Below, one piece after another: positions 40,258 through 54,764 of a stretch of DNA of 64,000 bases. Below the pieces are notes generated by a model. It was not told the DNA's origin. It did no database searches and saw only the letters and a program-made list of their open reading frames with translations. This DNA is from Octopus vulgaris. Lineage: Eukaryota. Made by a program: the position numbers and the translations under genes. Numbering within the stretch: position 1 is the stretch's first letter; every line of letters begins with the position of its first letter. The stretch spans positions 5,890,001-5,954,000 of the forward strand of contig OX597821.1 of the NCBI GenBank assembly GCA_951406725.2, read 5' to 3'.

Positions 40258-42454
40258 TGACATATATATATATATATTCATATGATGGGCTTCTTTCAGT
40301 TTCCATCTACCAAATCCACTCACAAGGCTTTGGTCAGCCTGAGGCTATAGTAGAAGACACTTGCCCAAAGTGCCACACAGTGGGACTGAACCTGGAACCA
40401 TGTGGCTTGGAAGCAAGCTCCTTACCACACAGCCAATATAATAATGAAGATTTTAGTAAAATAACTTTGTCGTTATTAAGTTGGTGTCTCAACCAAATTA
40501 ACATCAAATTTTGATGGAAGATTATTTTAAAATGCTTGAGGCTATGTCATAGAACCAGGGGCAGTCCCAGACAGGTTGGTATCAAAAGGATGAAGGATGT
40601 TCAGAGGCAGGCCCTCATCTATCTACACAAAAAGGACCTACTGAACTTATTGATCGGTTACAACTTTATACATAAATATCACCTCTCTCTCTCTCTTTCT
40701 CTCTCTCACTTTCTTTTTTTCCCTACATTGTCCACTCACCCCTGCCCCCACCCTATCCTGCTACATTCACTCTCACCCCATCCCACCTACCCATCACCTC
40801 CTTTAAACAGAAACCTTGTCAAACATCACACATGACTAATGATTGATGACAGTAACACTTAACCCTTTTATATGGGTGGGATTTTTGTTTGAGGTTCGGC
40901 TGTTTTGTTTTGCTTCTTAATTTTCAATGAAACAACAAAAAGAAACATTAACTTTTTATTGCTTTTTATTGTTTTGTTTTTTTTTATTTTTCCTGGAAAT
41001 TTTTGAAAATAAAGATGGGAGGTGGTGGAATTTCTAAGGGACAAGTCAAAAGAAATTCACTTACATATAGATACACCCACACACATTACGAGGTACATGG
41101 TTCTTCTGTCAAATACACACACATACTGACAGTATACATACTTACAAGGACATACAGGCACAGACAAATACACACACACACACACATGCAGACTCATCTC
41201 TCTTTCTCTCTCTTACTCTTTCACACATACATTGACTCACTCAAATGCACATACATACACACTGATACATTCATAGACACACATATGCACACTCACAGCC
41301 GTGCACTCTCATACACACTAACGTATGCATTCACATACTGATAAACACATACACAAGCATACACAGATAAAATGCCTTGTGGGTTTTCGTTCTGACACTT
41401 GGTGCTTTAAGTTCAAAACCCACTGAGGTCAACTTAACCTTTCGTTCTTTCAGAGTCGATAAAACAACATATGAGCCAAGAGCAGTGGATTGGAGGGTGC
41501 CACAGCATTCCGGGTTCAAACTGTGCCAAGATCAACTTTGCTTTTCATACTTTCAGGCTCAATAAAGAGGTACCAATCTAGATTCATGATGATGATCATC
41601 ATCATCGTCGTCATCGTCGTCCCTCACTAACATTTAATGTTCGCTTTTCATGCTGTCATGACTCTGGATGGCGACAGAGTCATGGGAATCTGTGACAGCA
41701 GTGGAAGAAGAAATTGGAGGCAACATAGAGAAGACTCTTTAGTTTAGCTGGGTACAAGACAACCTCACCAGTGTGGGTGCAATGATAAAATAAGAAAAGT
41801 GCTCATGGTCCTTCACTAACAGTGAAGTGTTGTCATATTCAGGGGAGGAAGAATGAAAGGAAAAGAGAAAGAAGAGGTGGAGAGAGTTAGGGTGAGAGAC
41901 AGACAGATAGAAAAGGAAATTTGACAGGCACAGTGATATGATGGTAAGAACATTGCAAACTGGTTGCCAGGTTCAATCCCTGCTCAGGATCAATGAATTC
42001 ACTCCTCCAATGACTAACATTTATGGAATACAAGGCTGAGAGAACCTGGAACCACTATATAGTCACTTGATATGTGAGAAATACCAACTATATCTTACTC
42101 TCTTTATACTCTATTGTGTTACATAAAGAAGTTTACATTAGATAATGTAGTCTTAGCTGTACAAATTGACTGGATGGCCATGGATGGAAGGCTATGATGC
42201 ATAGACATCACAGCATATCATATCTCAGGTCTTAAACATCTGAGGCTGCAAGATATCTACAGTGGACAGAAAGACAAACAGGCAGACATATACATATATA
42301 CACACACATGCATGCATTATAAACACATATACAGACACACACACACACACACACATGCACAATCCTGTACACACATGCATGACTGTGTACAAACACCTTC
42401 GTCCACATTCATCCAAACTTACAAAAGCTCATGCACACATTTACATATATATAC

Positions 42455-43085
42455 GTGTGAACAGCCATGCTACATGGCAGTGAAACATGGGCTGAGAACT
42501 GCTGAGGACATGCATAGACTTGAAAAACATGAAGCTATGCTTCAATGGATGTGCAATATGAGTGTGCATACACGACGGAGCATAAGCATCTTCAGAGAAC
42601 AATTGGGCACAAGAGGCATCAGATGTGGTGTGCAAGAGAGACGACTGCACTGGTATGGCCATGGATGCATATGGACAAGGACAGCTGTGTAGAGAAGTGC
42701 TGATTTCTGTGGAAGAGGTAGACCCAGGAAGACATGGTACAAGTTGGTGAAGCATGTTGTTCATACAATGGGTCTCACAGCGGCAATGACAAGTGATGGA
42801 GACCTTTGGTGATATGCTGTTCCTGAGAAGACTCGTCAAGCTAAGTGAAATCGGAGTTGTGGCCAATACTGGTGTCATCTAACTGGCTTCCACACCAGTG
42901 GCGTGTGAAAAGCACCCGTTACACTCTTGGAGTGGTTGGCATTAGGAAGGGCATCCAGACAAAGAAACCATGCCTAAATCAGACTGGAACCTTGTACAGC
43001 TCTCTGGCTTACCAGTTCCAGTCAAACTGTCAAACCTGTGCCAGTATGGAAAGCAGATGCTAAATGATGATGATGATGATGATGG
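42455..43085 (+). mobile_element. RTE-clade LINE 3' fragment with 3' UTR and (GAT)n tail
   Basis: Frameshifted HGSETW...TAEDMHRLEKHEAMLQWMCN...RRLHWYGH...RGRPRKTW, followed by UTR gagtggttggcattaggaagggcatccag...taaatgatgatgat. Confidence 0.85.
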
Positions 43086-43748
43086 TGTGTGTGTGTGTGT
43101 GTGTGTACACACAAATATTCATATATATTCACATCACATATTTACACACCTCACACACCAACAAATTATGAATGCAAATATCACACATACACACACTGCT
43201 ATACAAGCACGTACAACACAATGTACACACACTGAAAGACATACATACATACACATACACACACATACCCACAAACTCACACACAAAAAACATACACACA
43301 GCAACATAAAAAGCAAACACAATATACATGTGCACAGACTCATGCACACTAACATTCAAACATACGTGCATATCTGCACACATTAACATACACACACACA
43401 TACACACACTGCCAAAAAAAATCACACGTACATATATCCACACACAAAAATACACAATGATATAAAAAAACATGCAATACACACGTACACACACATCCAT
43501 GCACAAAGATATAGTCACACTAAACCGACACACACACACACACACACATACAAAAACACACACCAACATATACTCTCTCACACATACATACACACAAATA
43601 CATGCATAGTGAGACATATACCTACACACACACACACATACATATGCCAACACACACACACACACATACAAACATATGCTCATTCACGCATATATATACG
43701 CTCACATACAGTGAGACATATAACTACAGACACACACGCACACAAAAA

Positions 43749-43781
<33 letters not shown>

Positions 43782-46008
43782 GCCTGCACCCACATACACA
43801 AACACACAAACAAACACACTGACATGCATAAAAACACAAAAACATACGCACACACACACACACACGCATACACACACTCACTCTCATACACGCACACACA
43901 CACATGCACATCCACATACACACTCAAACACACACAGATAAAGAGATTAAGCCCCCTTCAAGCAATGCCCCATCTCTCCTTACTCCTCACCCCTCCACAG
44001 AACCACTTTGTCTTGCAGCAACAGATTAACAATTCCTTCTCAACCAAGATTTCCTCTGCCTATCACCCACCACCACCACCTCCAAAATCCTCCAATCTTC
44101 CTGTCTTCCAATTCTCCATCAAGATTTGAGTCAAGGAAAATGGGAGAAACATTAGGCAATACGGGAAAATATTGGGGAAGACATAAGCTGAACATCTTTT
44201 GATGTTTGTCAAATAGGAAAAGTCAAAGCTGTGGGCTTCATGCCAGGACTGCTGCTGCTGCTACTGTGGCTGCTGCTGCTGCTTATGAAATGTCAGATTG
44301 TGAGGGATGGAGGTGAGAAAGGGAAGAGTGCAGGAGGGGTGGATGTGGTGAGGATGGAGAAAGAGAGAGGAGGATGGGGAGGGGGAGGAGGAGGAGGAGG
44401 TGAAAAAAGGGAAAGGGGGAGAATGTAGGAAGCAGAATGCACTGTTTGGTGCAGCTCTGTCTTTTGAAATGGTGCCAGTCCAGCAGAGAGAATGGTCAGA
44501 ATGGAGGCAGAAATAGATTTACAATCACCCAGGGAGAACCAGGTGGGTGAGAGGAGAAGAAGAAGTGAAATGAAGACAGAGAGAGAGAGAGAGAGAGAGA
44601 GATGAAGAAATGAAAAAGGGATACAAAGGTGAGAGAGATAATCTATAAGTTAGATAAGAGATAGAAAGGAAAAAGGTGATATATATGTGTGTGTGTGTGT
44701 GTTATATATATATTTCTTTATTGCCCACAAGGGGCTAAACATAGAGGGGACAAACAAGGACAGACAAAGGGATTAAGTCGATTACATCGACCCCAGTGCG
44801 AAACTGGTACTTTATGTGTTATATATAAAGAGACAGACAGACAGAAGCCGGAGAAGAGAGTGATGTGGCAGGGAGAGAAAAGGTGACAGAAACTTAAAAC
44901 GAATGAGAGCAAATGAAAGAAAAGATTGTGTGTGTGTGGATGAGAGAGAGAGAGGGGGACAGAGACAGAGATAGAGAGACAGAGAGAGAGAGAGAGACAG
45001 AAAGAGAGAGAGAGAAAGAAAGAGAGAGAGAAAGTGTAGAGAAAGCTAAGGTAGATACAAGGTAGATATTGGTAAAGAATGCATTTCATATAAGGCTTGG
45101 ATGCAGAAATACACAGCAGAGGATGACGTGTGTGTGTGTGTGTGTTAGGGTTGGGTAGTGGGTTGTACTACCTACACAGGTGGGTGGTAGGGAGTTTACT
45201 TGGGTATATAAGAGGTGGAAAATTGAGTATTTGTGGCTGATGAAGAGATTGATGGTGTTTACAGGATGTTCACACACACATATACACATATATATAATAT
45301 ATACATACATATAACCCGTGCTAGCGCGGAAAGCGGACGTTAAACGATGATGATGATGATGATGATGATGATATATGTATATATACATATATCTATATAT
45401 AGATATGTATATATATGTATGTATATTTGTATATATATATATATATATATATATATACAAATATACATACATATATATACATATCTATATATAGATATAT
45501 GTATATATATATATATACATACATACATATATATGTACACACACATACATATAAATATATATATATACCACACACACACACACACACACATACATGTTAC
45601 CGTGAGGGGTGGAATATATGCATATATGTATCAGAATGTATTCGCAGAAATGGTAGTGGTGGTGGTGGTGGTGGTGGTGGTATTGTCATTTGTTGTTGAT
45701 GGTGATGATGGTGGGGTCGATGATACCAACTGCAGTCTTGTCTCATAGCTCAAGCAATAAATAACAAAGGAAGGACTAGAGCCAAGGTGCGTAACTTGAA
45801 CAAATGACCGCTCCAAGATAATTCAACTTGACTAAACCAAGCAGCCTTGGAAGCTGACCACGTCTGATTACTTCTTACCACACACACACACACACACACG
45901 TGTGCGCACAGGCATGCACACAACTCATCTTCCATCTTCAGTGGTGTCACAATGAGCCAATGAGAGAAGCCCTATGGAACCAATCCATCTGCTAGAAACA
46001 GCAACCAA

Positions 46009-46242
46009 GGCGGCGAGCTGGCAGAAACGTTAGCACGCCGGGCGAAATGCTTGGCGGTTTTTCGTTTGCCACTACGTTCTGAGTTCAAATTCCGCTGAGG
46101 TCGACTTTGCCTTTCATCCTTTCGGGGGAGTCGATAAATTAAGTACCAGTTACGCACTGGGGTCGATCTAATCGGCTTAATCCCTTTGTCTGTCCTTGTT
46201 TGTCCCCTCTATGTTTAGCCCCTTGTGGGCAATAAAGAAATA
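46009..46242 (+). mobile_element. MetaSINE-type tRNA SINE (family B, representative copy) with 15-bp TSD
   Basis: Head ggcggcgagctggcagaaacgttagc, B box gagttcaaattcc, Meta-like core gcctttcatcctttcggg...tcgataaattaagtaccag. TSD agaaacagcaaccaa at 45994-46008 and 46243-46257. Many copies at 4951-10398, 18410-18580, 23067-23792, 31202-31431 and 57480-57990. Confidence 0.85.
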
Positions 46243-47313
46243 AGAAACAGCAACCAAATCTTCCTCAAATCACAAGGGCACCCTCTTACAAAAAGGTCAT
46301 GCCAGAGTATGTGAAGTTGGGATGGTCATGGATGGAATGTCTTTCAAAGATCTGCTTGACAAAGGTTGAATAATGGATAGACAACAACTACTGGGTCACT
46401 TGCTGATCCCTTTGTTATCTCAAAACATTTGTGCAGGAAGGCTGGTAATAACAATGACAGTTGGTGAAGACAGAGTTGCTGATAATAATGCTTGATGATG
46501 ACAGTAACAGTTGGTGATGACAATAAGGTTAATGATTTTAATGACTGGTAATAATAATAGTGGTTCATGATGACAGAGTGAAGACAGAGAGTTGGTGATA
46601 ACAATAATACCTGATGATGACAGTAACAGTTAGTGATGACACAAGGTGGTTAATGACTGGTGATGGTTAATGACGATAGGTGACTGCAATGATGATAGGT
46701 GATGACAGGTGGCAACAAAAATACTTTGAAAGTGACAGTTGGTGAAGACAATGATAATGGTTAAGACAGTGGTGATTAATGAAGATAGTTATTGACAATG
46801 ACAAAGATGGTTAATGATAACAGATACAGTTGGTGATGACAGTGATAGGTGGTGATGATAAAGATGACTGATGATGAGTGATGGCTGGTGATGACAATGA
46901 TTGGTAATGATAATGATGACTGTTGATGATAATGATAGTGATGACAGAGTTGATTGGTCATAAGGGATAGTGAATGATGAATGATAACAATAACAATTGG
47001 TGGTGACAGAGACGGTTGGTGATGATAGATATGGTGATGACTGCGAATGGCAATTATGGCTGATGACAATGATGGTTAATGATGACTGAAGTGGTTGGTG
47101 ATGAGTGATGATGACAATGATGATTGGTGACGACAGAGGTGATTGGTCATCATAAGTGACAGTTGGTGATGACAATGATGGACAGTGATGATAGCGATGA
47201 TTAGTGATGAAAACGATACAAACAAACCCTGCCATATCATATCTCATTACTCGTCAGTCATTCAAAATTCCTCAATCAATTTATCATCTTTCATTATGAC
47301 ATCATCAAAGTGC

Positions 47314-47352
<39 letters not shown>

Positions 47353-48170
47353 CATTAAAGGCCATTGTTTCCTCCCTCTTTGCTGTTGTTAATGTTGTTG
47401 TTTCCTTATTTTTGCTTTTTTGGGTGTTTATTTGTATATATTTTACTATTTTTGTGTAACTTTTTCTACAATTTTTGTCGTGTGATGTAATATGATGCAA
47501 ATAGGTATCAGAGAATCGTGTGGAATCACAATGAACCAATGGGGGAAGCCCTATATAGTAAATCCATCTGCTAGAAACAGCAAATCAAGTCTTCCTCAAA
47601 TCACAATGCCACCCTCTTACAAAAGGACACCTTGGGTTTAACCAACACAGTGCTTTGTCAAAACATAACATAACAGTTTCTTAGCAGAAATGTAGGGCCT
47701 TTAAAATCTCAATGGACAGGCCTACTACATGCACACACACACACACACACACACACGCATATATGGACTCATACACTCATACATACATCTAAATTTAGTT
47801 TACATCTGGCCTTGTTTCAGGTACATGGTATTGACAAGCCACAAAAATGATGAAACATCAATGTCTATTGCTCCTGAATGAGACCTGATGCGATTCATCT
47901 CACTTGTCTATGACGTCCAGGTTTTTTAACACCAGGCAAATTGATGAGACTGTATTCTCTTACACCTATAAGCACAACCTACCCATGAACTAGCAAAACA
48001 CACACCTGGTGTATATGTGTTCAATATTGTTTATATCCCTTGAGTTGCTTTCCATTTATATTTGAATATAAGAAGACCCATGCTCTGCAACAGAAGTGTT
48101 AAGACCGGTCACTCTGGTGATGTAAAGCACTCACAGAAGTGCCACTTAAGACGCCCATGCAGCATCACAT

Positions 48171-48560
48171 AAAAGTGCCCCATGTGGTGTCACGTAAAAG
48201 TGCCCCATGTGGTGTCACGTGAAAGTGCCCCATGTGGTGTCACGTGAAAGTGCCCATGTCGTGAAAGTGCCCATGTGGGTGTCACGTGAAAGTGCCCATG
48301 TGGTGTCACGTAATGTGGTGTCACGTAGTGCCCATGTGGTGTCACGTAAAAGTGCCCATGTGGTGTCACGTAAAAGTGCCCATGTGGTGTCACGTGAAAG
48401 TGCCCATGTGGTGTCACGTAAAAGTGCCCATGTGGTGTCACGTGTCACGTAAAAGTGCCCATGTGGTGTCACGTGAAAGTGCCCATGTGGTGTCACGTAA
48501 AAGTGCCCATGTGGTGTCACGTAAAAGTGCCCATGTGGTGTCACGTAAAAGTGCCCATGC
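48171..48560 (+). repeat. 24-bp minisatellite (r)aaagtgcccatgtggtgtcacgt, about 16 units
   Basis: A directly visible tandem array with a few truncated units, lying inside an RTE-tailed element. Confidence 0.95.
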
Positions 48561-48972
48561 AGCACCACAGAAAAGTGACCGTACAGTGCCACATAAAAGC
48601 ACCCAGCACACTCTGTAAAGTGGTTGCTGTTAGGAAGGGCATCCAGCTGTAGAACCCATGCCAAAACAGACTGGACACTGGTACAGCTCTCCAGCTCTGG
48701 TCAAACCCTCCAACCCATGCTAGCATGGACAACAGATGTTAAATGTTGATGATGATGATATAATATATATATATACCATATATATATCATATATATTTGG
48801 CATATATATATACCACACAGGCGTGGCTGGGTGGTAAGAAGCTTTCTTACCAACTACATGGTTCCGGGTTCAGTCCCACAGCGTGGCACCTTGGGCAAGT
48901 TCTTCTACTATAGCCTCAGGCCAGCCAAAGCCTTGTGAGTGGATTTAGTAGACAGAAACTGAAAGAAGCCTG

Positions 48973-49024
<52 letters not shown>

Positions 49025-49989
49025 GTTTGTGTGTCTGTGCTTGTCCCCCACCACCACCTTTGCTTGACAACTGATGTTGGTGTGTTTACGTCCCCATAGC
49101 TTAGCTGTTTGGCAAGAGACTGATAGAATAAGTATCAGACTTACAAAGAATAAGCCCTGGGATTCGATGTGTTCAACTAAAGGTGGTGCCCCAGCATGGC
49201 CACAGTCAAATGATTGAAACAAATAAAATAATAAAAGAACATACGCATAGGAGTGGCTGTGTGGTAAGTAGCTTGCTTACAAATCATATGGTTCCTGGTT
49301 CACTCCCACTGTGTGGCACCTTGGGCAAGTGTCTTCTACTATAGCCTTGGACCAACCAATGCCTTGTGAGTGGATTTGGCAGACGGAAACTGAAAGAAGC
49401 CCATCGTATATATGTATGTATGTATATATATATATGTGTGTGTGTGTGTATATGTTTGTGTGTCTGTGTTTGTGCCCCCAACATCGCTTGACAACCGATG
49501 CTGGTGTGTTTACATCCCCGTAACTTATCGGTTCGGCAAAAGAGACTGATAAAATAAGTACTAGGCTTACAAAGAATAAGTCCCAGGGTTTGATTTGTTC
49601 GACTAAAGGTGGTGCTCCAGCATGGCCACAGTCAGATGACTGAAACAAGTAAAAGAGTAAAGAGTAACGCGTGTGCCTTTGTACTTATGCCTCCCCCCCC
49701 CCCCCCTTCACAACTGGTGTTGTTTTCTTTGGATGCCCACAACTTAGCAGTTCAGCAATGAGAAACTGATAGAATAAGGGCTGGGTTTAAAGCAAAATAA
49801 AAAATAAAAGAAAGAAATACTGGGGTGAATTTGTTGGACTAAAAGGCAGTGCTCCAGCATGGTCGTAGTCCAATGAGTGAAACCAGTGAAAGAATAAAAG
49901 AATAGATTGTATCAGAATGGTTGGTGGAGAGCAGAGATCAATTGAAATTCATGAATAACTTTGGAGATAGCTAAAGAAAGCTAAAGAGA

Positions 49990-50400
49990 TGAACAGCACA
50001 AGGAGAGAGGGAGAGTGGGAGAGAGAGCAAGAGAGAGAGGACAAGAGAGAGAGAGAGAATGAGAGAGAGAGAGAGAGAGAGGACAAGAGAGAGAGAACAA
50101 GAGAGAGAGAGAGAGAGAGAGACAAGAGAGAGAGAGAGAGAGAGAGAACAAGAGAGAGAGAACAAGAAAGAGAACAAGAGAATAAGAGAGAAAGAGAGGT
50201 AGAGAGAAAGAGAGAACAAGAGAGAGAAACAAGAGAGAGAGGGAGAGAGAATGAGAGATAGAGAGAGAAAGAAAAAGAGAAAGAGAGAACAAGAGAGAGT
50301 AACAAGAGGGAAAGAGATAGAGAGAGAAAGAAAAAGAAAGAGAGAACAAGAGAGAGAAACGAGAGGGAGAGAGAAAAGGAGGGAAAGGAAAGAGTGAAGG
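49990..50400. repeat. Polypurine (GA)n-derived tract with gagaacaa units
   Basis: An almost pure purine strand of about 400 bp; H-DNA-prone by composition. Confidence 0.9.
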
Positions 50401-50768
50401 GGTTATGCCTTAGGAAAAGTAAAACAAAAAAGGAGAAAGATTGGAAATGATAAAATGTGGCAAGGGTGGGTGGGAGGGTAAGAAAAAAGAAAAGAGAAAA
50501 GATAAAGAAAGACAGAAAAAAGACAGAGAAAAGGAGAAATAAAGGTTAAGAAAAGGGGAAGAAAGAAAGAATTATTGAGCAGTTAATGAATTATTAAACT
50601 GACTTGTGTCTCGAATCTTGTCATAAGGTGATGAGGTCAAACAGTGTGAAGATGTCTGTTAAATGTACGAAGATATTGTTGTGGCTCTGTTTTATCTCCT
50701 CTCGTTCAGGACTTTTTGGGGGTTTTTTTGTTGGTTGTTTTGTTTTTTACCTTTTTGGTAGTATTTAG

Positions 50769-50808
<40 letters not shown>

Positions 50809-51317
50809 TGTGTATCTATGGTGACTGCTTTTAGTGTGTCTTTGTGGCAAGTGATTGTGGTGTGTGTGAGTGATTGTGTGTCTATAGCACGTTTGTCGTG
50901 TGTCTGTGTAGATTTGCACATTTGGCATACGACGACCGTGGAGTGTACTTGCAGCTTAAGTTTTTAGTCGGTATCTTTGGTGGAATGCATGGTTGGAGTG
51001 TCTGCAATGTGCCACTGTGGTGTGTAACACTGTGTGTGTGCAGAGTTTCATATTAGGATGCCCACATAAATTGAATTTTCTCCATTTTGACAAGGATGTT
51101 TCCAGTTTCATCTTTTGCAAAACAGCCTAGAAAATTATGGGGAGTGGTGCAACAATCTTTCCCAGACTTGCGTTCAGAGGGGAACTTTCTAGGTGCAATC
51201 CCATGGTCATTTATTAACGAAGGAAGGTGGGGGGGGTCTTTTTTTTTTTTTAATTTAAAACGATGAGAATATACAAGCATTAAATTTAACAGAATAATCT
51301 AAGTGCTAAAGAGTTAA

Positions 51318-51516
51318 CTCTTTCGTTACCAACCCGGATGAAACTGGCTCTGTTTTCATAAGTTTTGAATTAAAATCTTCCACCAAACCTTAGTCACAAT
51401 TAATGTTCCTAACACTAGCTGAATGATAACAAAGTTAGTTTACTAAATACTTTGTTATATTTAAAGTAATTGAAAGAAATACAGAGCATCTCAACAGAAA
51501 TACAGTAACGAAAGGG
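51318..51516. mobile_element. piggyBac-type MITE family C
   Basis: TTAA|ctctttcgttac...gtaacgaaaggg|TTAA. Diverged relatives at about 61533-61748 and 40440-40594. Confidence 0.8.
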
Positions 51517-53831
51517 TTAAATAGGTGTGCCTCTAACATATCTCGGTAGAGAGTGTGTTTGTGATTTGTGTGTCACTGTGGAGGCACAATAGCCCAGTGG
51601 TTAGAGCAGCAGACTCGCTGTCATAGGATTGTGGTTTCGATTCCCAGAACGGATATTGTGAGTGTTTATTGAGTGAAAACACCTAAAGCCTCGCGAGGCT
51701 CCGGCATGGGGTGGTGGCGTACCCTGCTGTACTCTTTCACCACAACTTTCTCTCATTCTTTCTTCCTGTTTCAAAGGGCTAGCTTTGTCACACTGAATCT
51801 CTCTGAGAACTACATTAAGAGTACACATGTCTGTGGAGCGCTCAGCCACTTGCACGTTAATTTCACGAGCAGGCTGTTCTGTTGATTGGATCAACTAGAA
51901 CCCTCGTCGCCATAACCAACGGAGTGCCACAATGACCTATGGTCTTTAGGGAGCAAGTGTGGGGTATGACTGCAACGTGTACCTGTAATACATGTGTATA
52001 TGCATCAACAGGGGACAGGGTTGTCTTCTGCTTCAGGACAATTTCCTTCAACATTTGGAAAATACATTGTTTCCAGTGGCCATTGATTAATGGTAGTGGT
52101 GGTGGTGTTGATGGTGGTAGTAGCAAAGGTGCTGGGGAGGGGGGTTGATGATTGTTATTGCTGGTGGTGGTGGTGGTGGCAATGGATGGTTGTGCAGGTG
52201 AGGGTAGTGGTGGTGACATCTGTGGCTATTGTGTAATAATCATGGTTGTGTTGGTAGCGATGGGTGTAGTGATGGTGGTGGTGGTGGTGGTAGTGAGAAT
52301 GGCAGTGGTTATCCGAATGACTATTACTGCTATAAAGGTGACCATGGTGGTGATGGTGGTGCTGGTGGTGGTGTTGATAGTGGTGGTGGTGGTGGTGGTG
52401 AAAGTTGTAACAATGGTGGTTGCAATAGATGTTAGTGTTTGATTGGTCTTAAAGAAATGGTAGTGATGACAATTATGACATTAGGTGGTATTGGTAGTGG
52501 AGGTAGTGGTGGTTGTAGTAGTGGCGTTGGTGGTGGTGGTGGTGGTAGTGGTGTTGGTGGTGGTAGTAGTAGTTGTGGTGGTGGTGGTGGTGGTGGTGGT
52601 GGTGGTGGTAGTAGTAGTAGTTGTGGTGGTGGTGGTGGTGGTGGTGGTGGTGGTAGTAGTAGTTGTGGTGGTGGTGGTGATGATGGTGGTGGTGGTGGTG
52701 GTAGTAGTAGTTGTGGTGGTGGTGGTGGTGGTGGTGGTGGTGGTAGTAGTAGTTGTGGTGGTGGTGGTGGTGGTGGTGGTGGTTGTAGTAGTGGCGTTGG
52801 TGGTGGTGCTGGTGGTAGTGGTGTTGGTGGTGGTAGTAGTAGTTGTGGTGGTGGTGGTGGTGGTGGTGACGTTGGTGTTTCTGGTGGTAGCGGTAATGTT
52901 TGTGGTCTTCATGGTGGTGATGGTGGTGATGGTGAAGACAGTATCCATCAAACAAAACAAAAAAGGAAAAAATGAAAACAGCAAAAAAATAAAAAAATAA
53001 AAAACGGATATCACAGCTTCCAAAATTTGGCAATTTTACTTTTCCTATTTTACTCTTTTCTCACCCGTTTCTTTCTCCCCACTTTGTTTTCTTTCTTTCA
53101 TTTTGTTTTTCTTTCTTTCTTAATCGTTTATTTCATCTTTCCCTCTGCCCACAAAACCACCACCACCACCAACCACCACCACCACCACCACCACCATCAA
53201 CAGCAACAAATTGTTTTTTTTTTTTATCTCTGTTTGCAATAATTAATGAAAGTTCAAACAAATGAAATAACTACCCTTGTCTTTTGTGTTAAGGTTTTCA
53301 CGCCAGCCTCATTCAGTTGGTGTTTGTGTATTTATTTAGAAAACAATATGCCATAGGTGGAGATGTGCTATCTTGATTTGCCAGATAATATTTCATATTT
53401 CATATTATATATGACTTATCAACTTTTTCAATCAGCAAAGCTAAAAATATACCATCATGAACTTACCTTTTAGTTTACATTTATTGAAACACCACCACCA
53501 CACCCACACCCACCACTCCCTCTGCTTACACCACCAATGCCCTCCACTCACTGCACCGGTCCCTCACCCCACTACTACCAACTCTACCATCAAAGTGAGA
53601 AACAAATATAATCTATAAATATATATATATATATATATATATAAACATATATATATATAGGTAGGTACAGGCGTGGCCATGTGGTAAGAAGCTTGGTTCC
53701 CAACCACATGGTTCCAGGTTCAGTCCTACTGCATAGTATCTTGGCCCAGCCAAAGCCCTGTGAGTGGATTTGGTAGATAGATACTGAAAGAAGCCCGCTG
53801 TGTGTGTGTATGTGTATACATATAATAAATA

Positions 53832-53875
<44 letters not shown>

Positions 53876-53879
53876 CATA

Positions 53880-54290
53880 TATGGGTACAGGACGTCACCA
53901 ATGCTGCAAATAACATGAAATACATAAACAACATGAACAAATGGAAAACAGGACAAGTTAACAGAGACTGAACCCTTCATCAGTTGTCAGCTCTCTATCT
54001 ACTCCTCATTTTGAGCATTGAACAATATGAGTCTTCAAAGACAGTTGTTCTCATAAATTCTAAAATAAAATTTAGGATTTATGGAGGGTCAAAGTTGAGA
54101 ACAAAAATAGGACAGTGGAGACATAGAAGGAAACCGAATGAAAAGAAACATGGTGGGTCATTAGAACACTAGGAGAAACATTTTTTTTGAAAAGAGAGAA
54201 AATAGAAAAGAGAGACAAAAAACACATCTGCTTGTTTCAGCATATGCACAGGGAAAGAAAGATGGACGATGGTCACGTGTGAGCAACAAG
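53880..54290 (-). mobile_element. Possible Penelope-like terminal fragment
   Basis: Abuts (TA)n and has minus-strand CTGATGAAGGG at about 53973-53983, but no complete hammerhead core. Weak assignment. Confidence 0.3.
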
Positions 54291-54489
54291 AGAGGGAGAG
54301 AAAAAAGAGAGAGAGAGAGAGAAAGACATATATGTGTGTGAGTGTAGGTGCAGGTGTGGCTGTGTGGTACGAAGCTTGCTTCCCAACCACACGGTTTTTC
54401 ATTCAGTCCCACCACATAGCACTGAGAGCATGTACATTCTACTATATCCTTGTAAGTAGATTTGGTAGACAGAAACTGAAAGAAGCCTG

Positions 54490-54527
<38 letters not shown>

Positions 54528-54709
54528 AGAGTGGCTTATACGTGCAAGAGTGGCTGTGTGGTAAGTAACTTGCTTACCAACCACATGGTTCTGGGTTCAG
54601 TCCTACTGCATGACACCTTGGGCAAGTGTATTCTACTATAGCCTCAGAATGACCAAATCCTTGTAAGTGGATTTGGTAGATGGAAACTGAAAGAAGCCCA
54701 TCGTGTGTG

Positions 54710-54764
<55 letters not shown>

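Noticed and set aside
48171-48560. CRISPR-like appearance of tandem arrays (also 31735-32260)
   Set aside because: No unique spacers, no cas genes, and a eukaryotic retroposon context.
50880-51050. Unique stretch examined for a microRNA hairpin
   Set aside because: No conserved mature miRNA or convincing stem was recognised by eye.
52439-52975. Gly/Ser/Cys-rich ORF resembling loricrin or keratin-associated proteins
   Set aside because: It is a pure GGT/AGT/TGT repeat with no synonymous variation, open in multiple frames, with no signal peptide.
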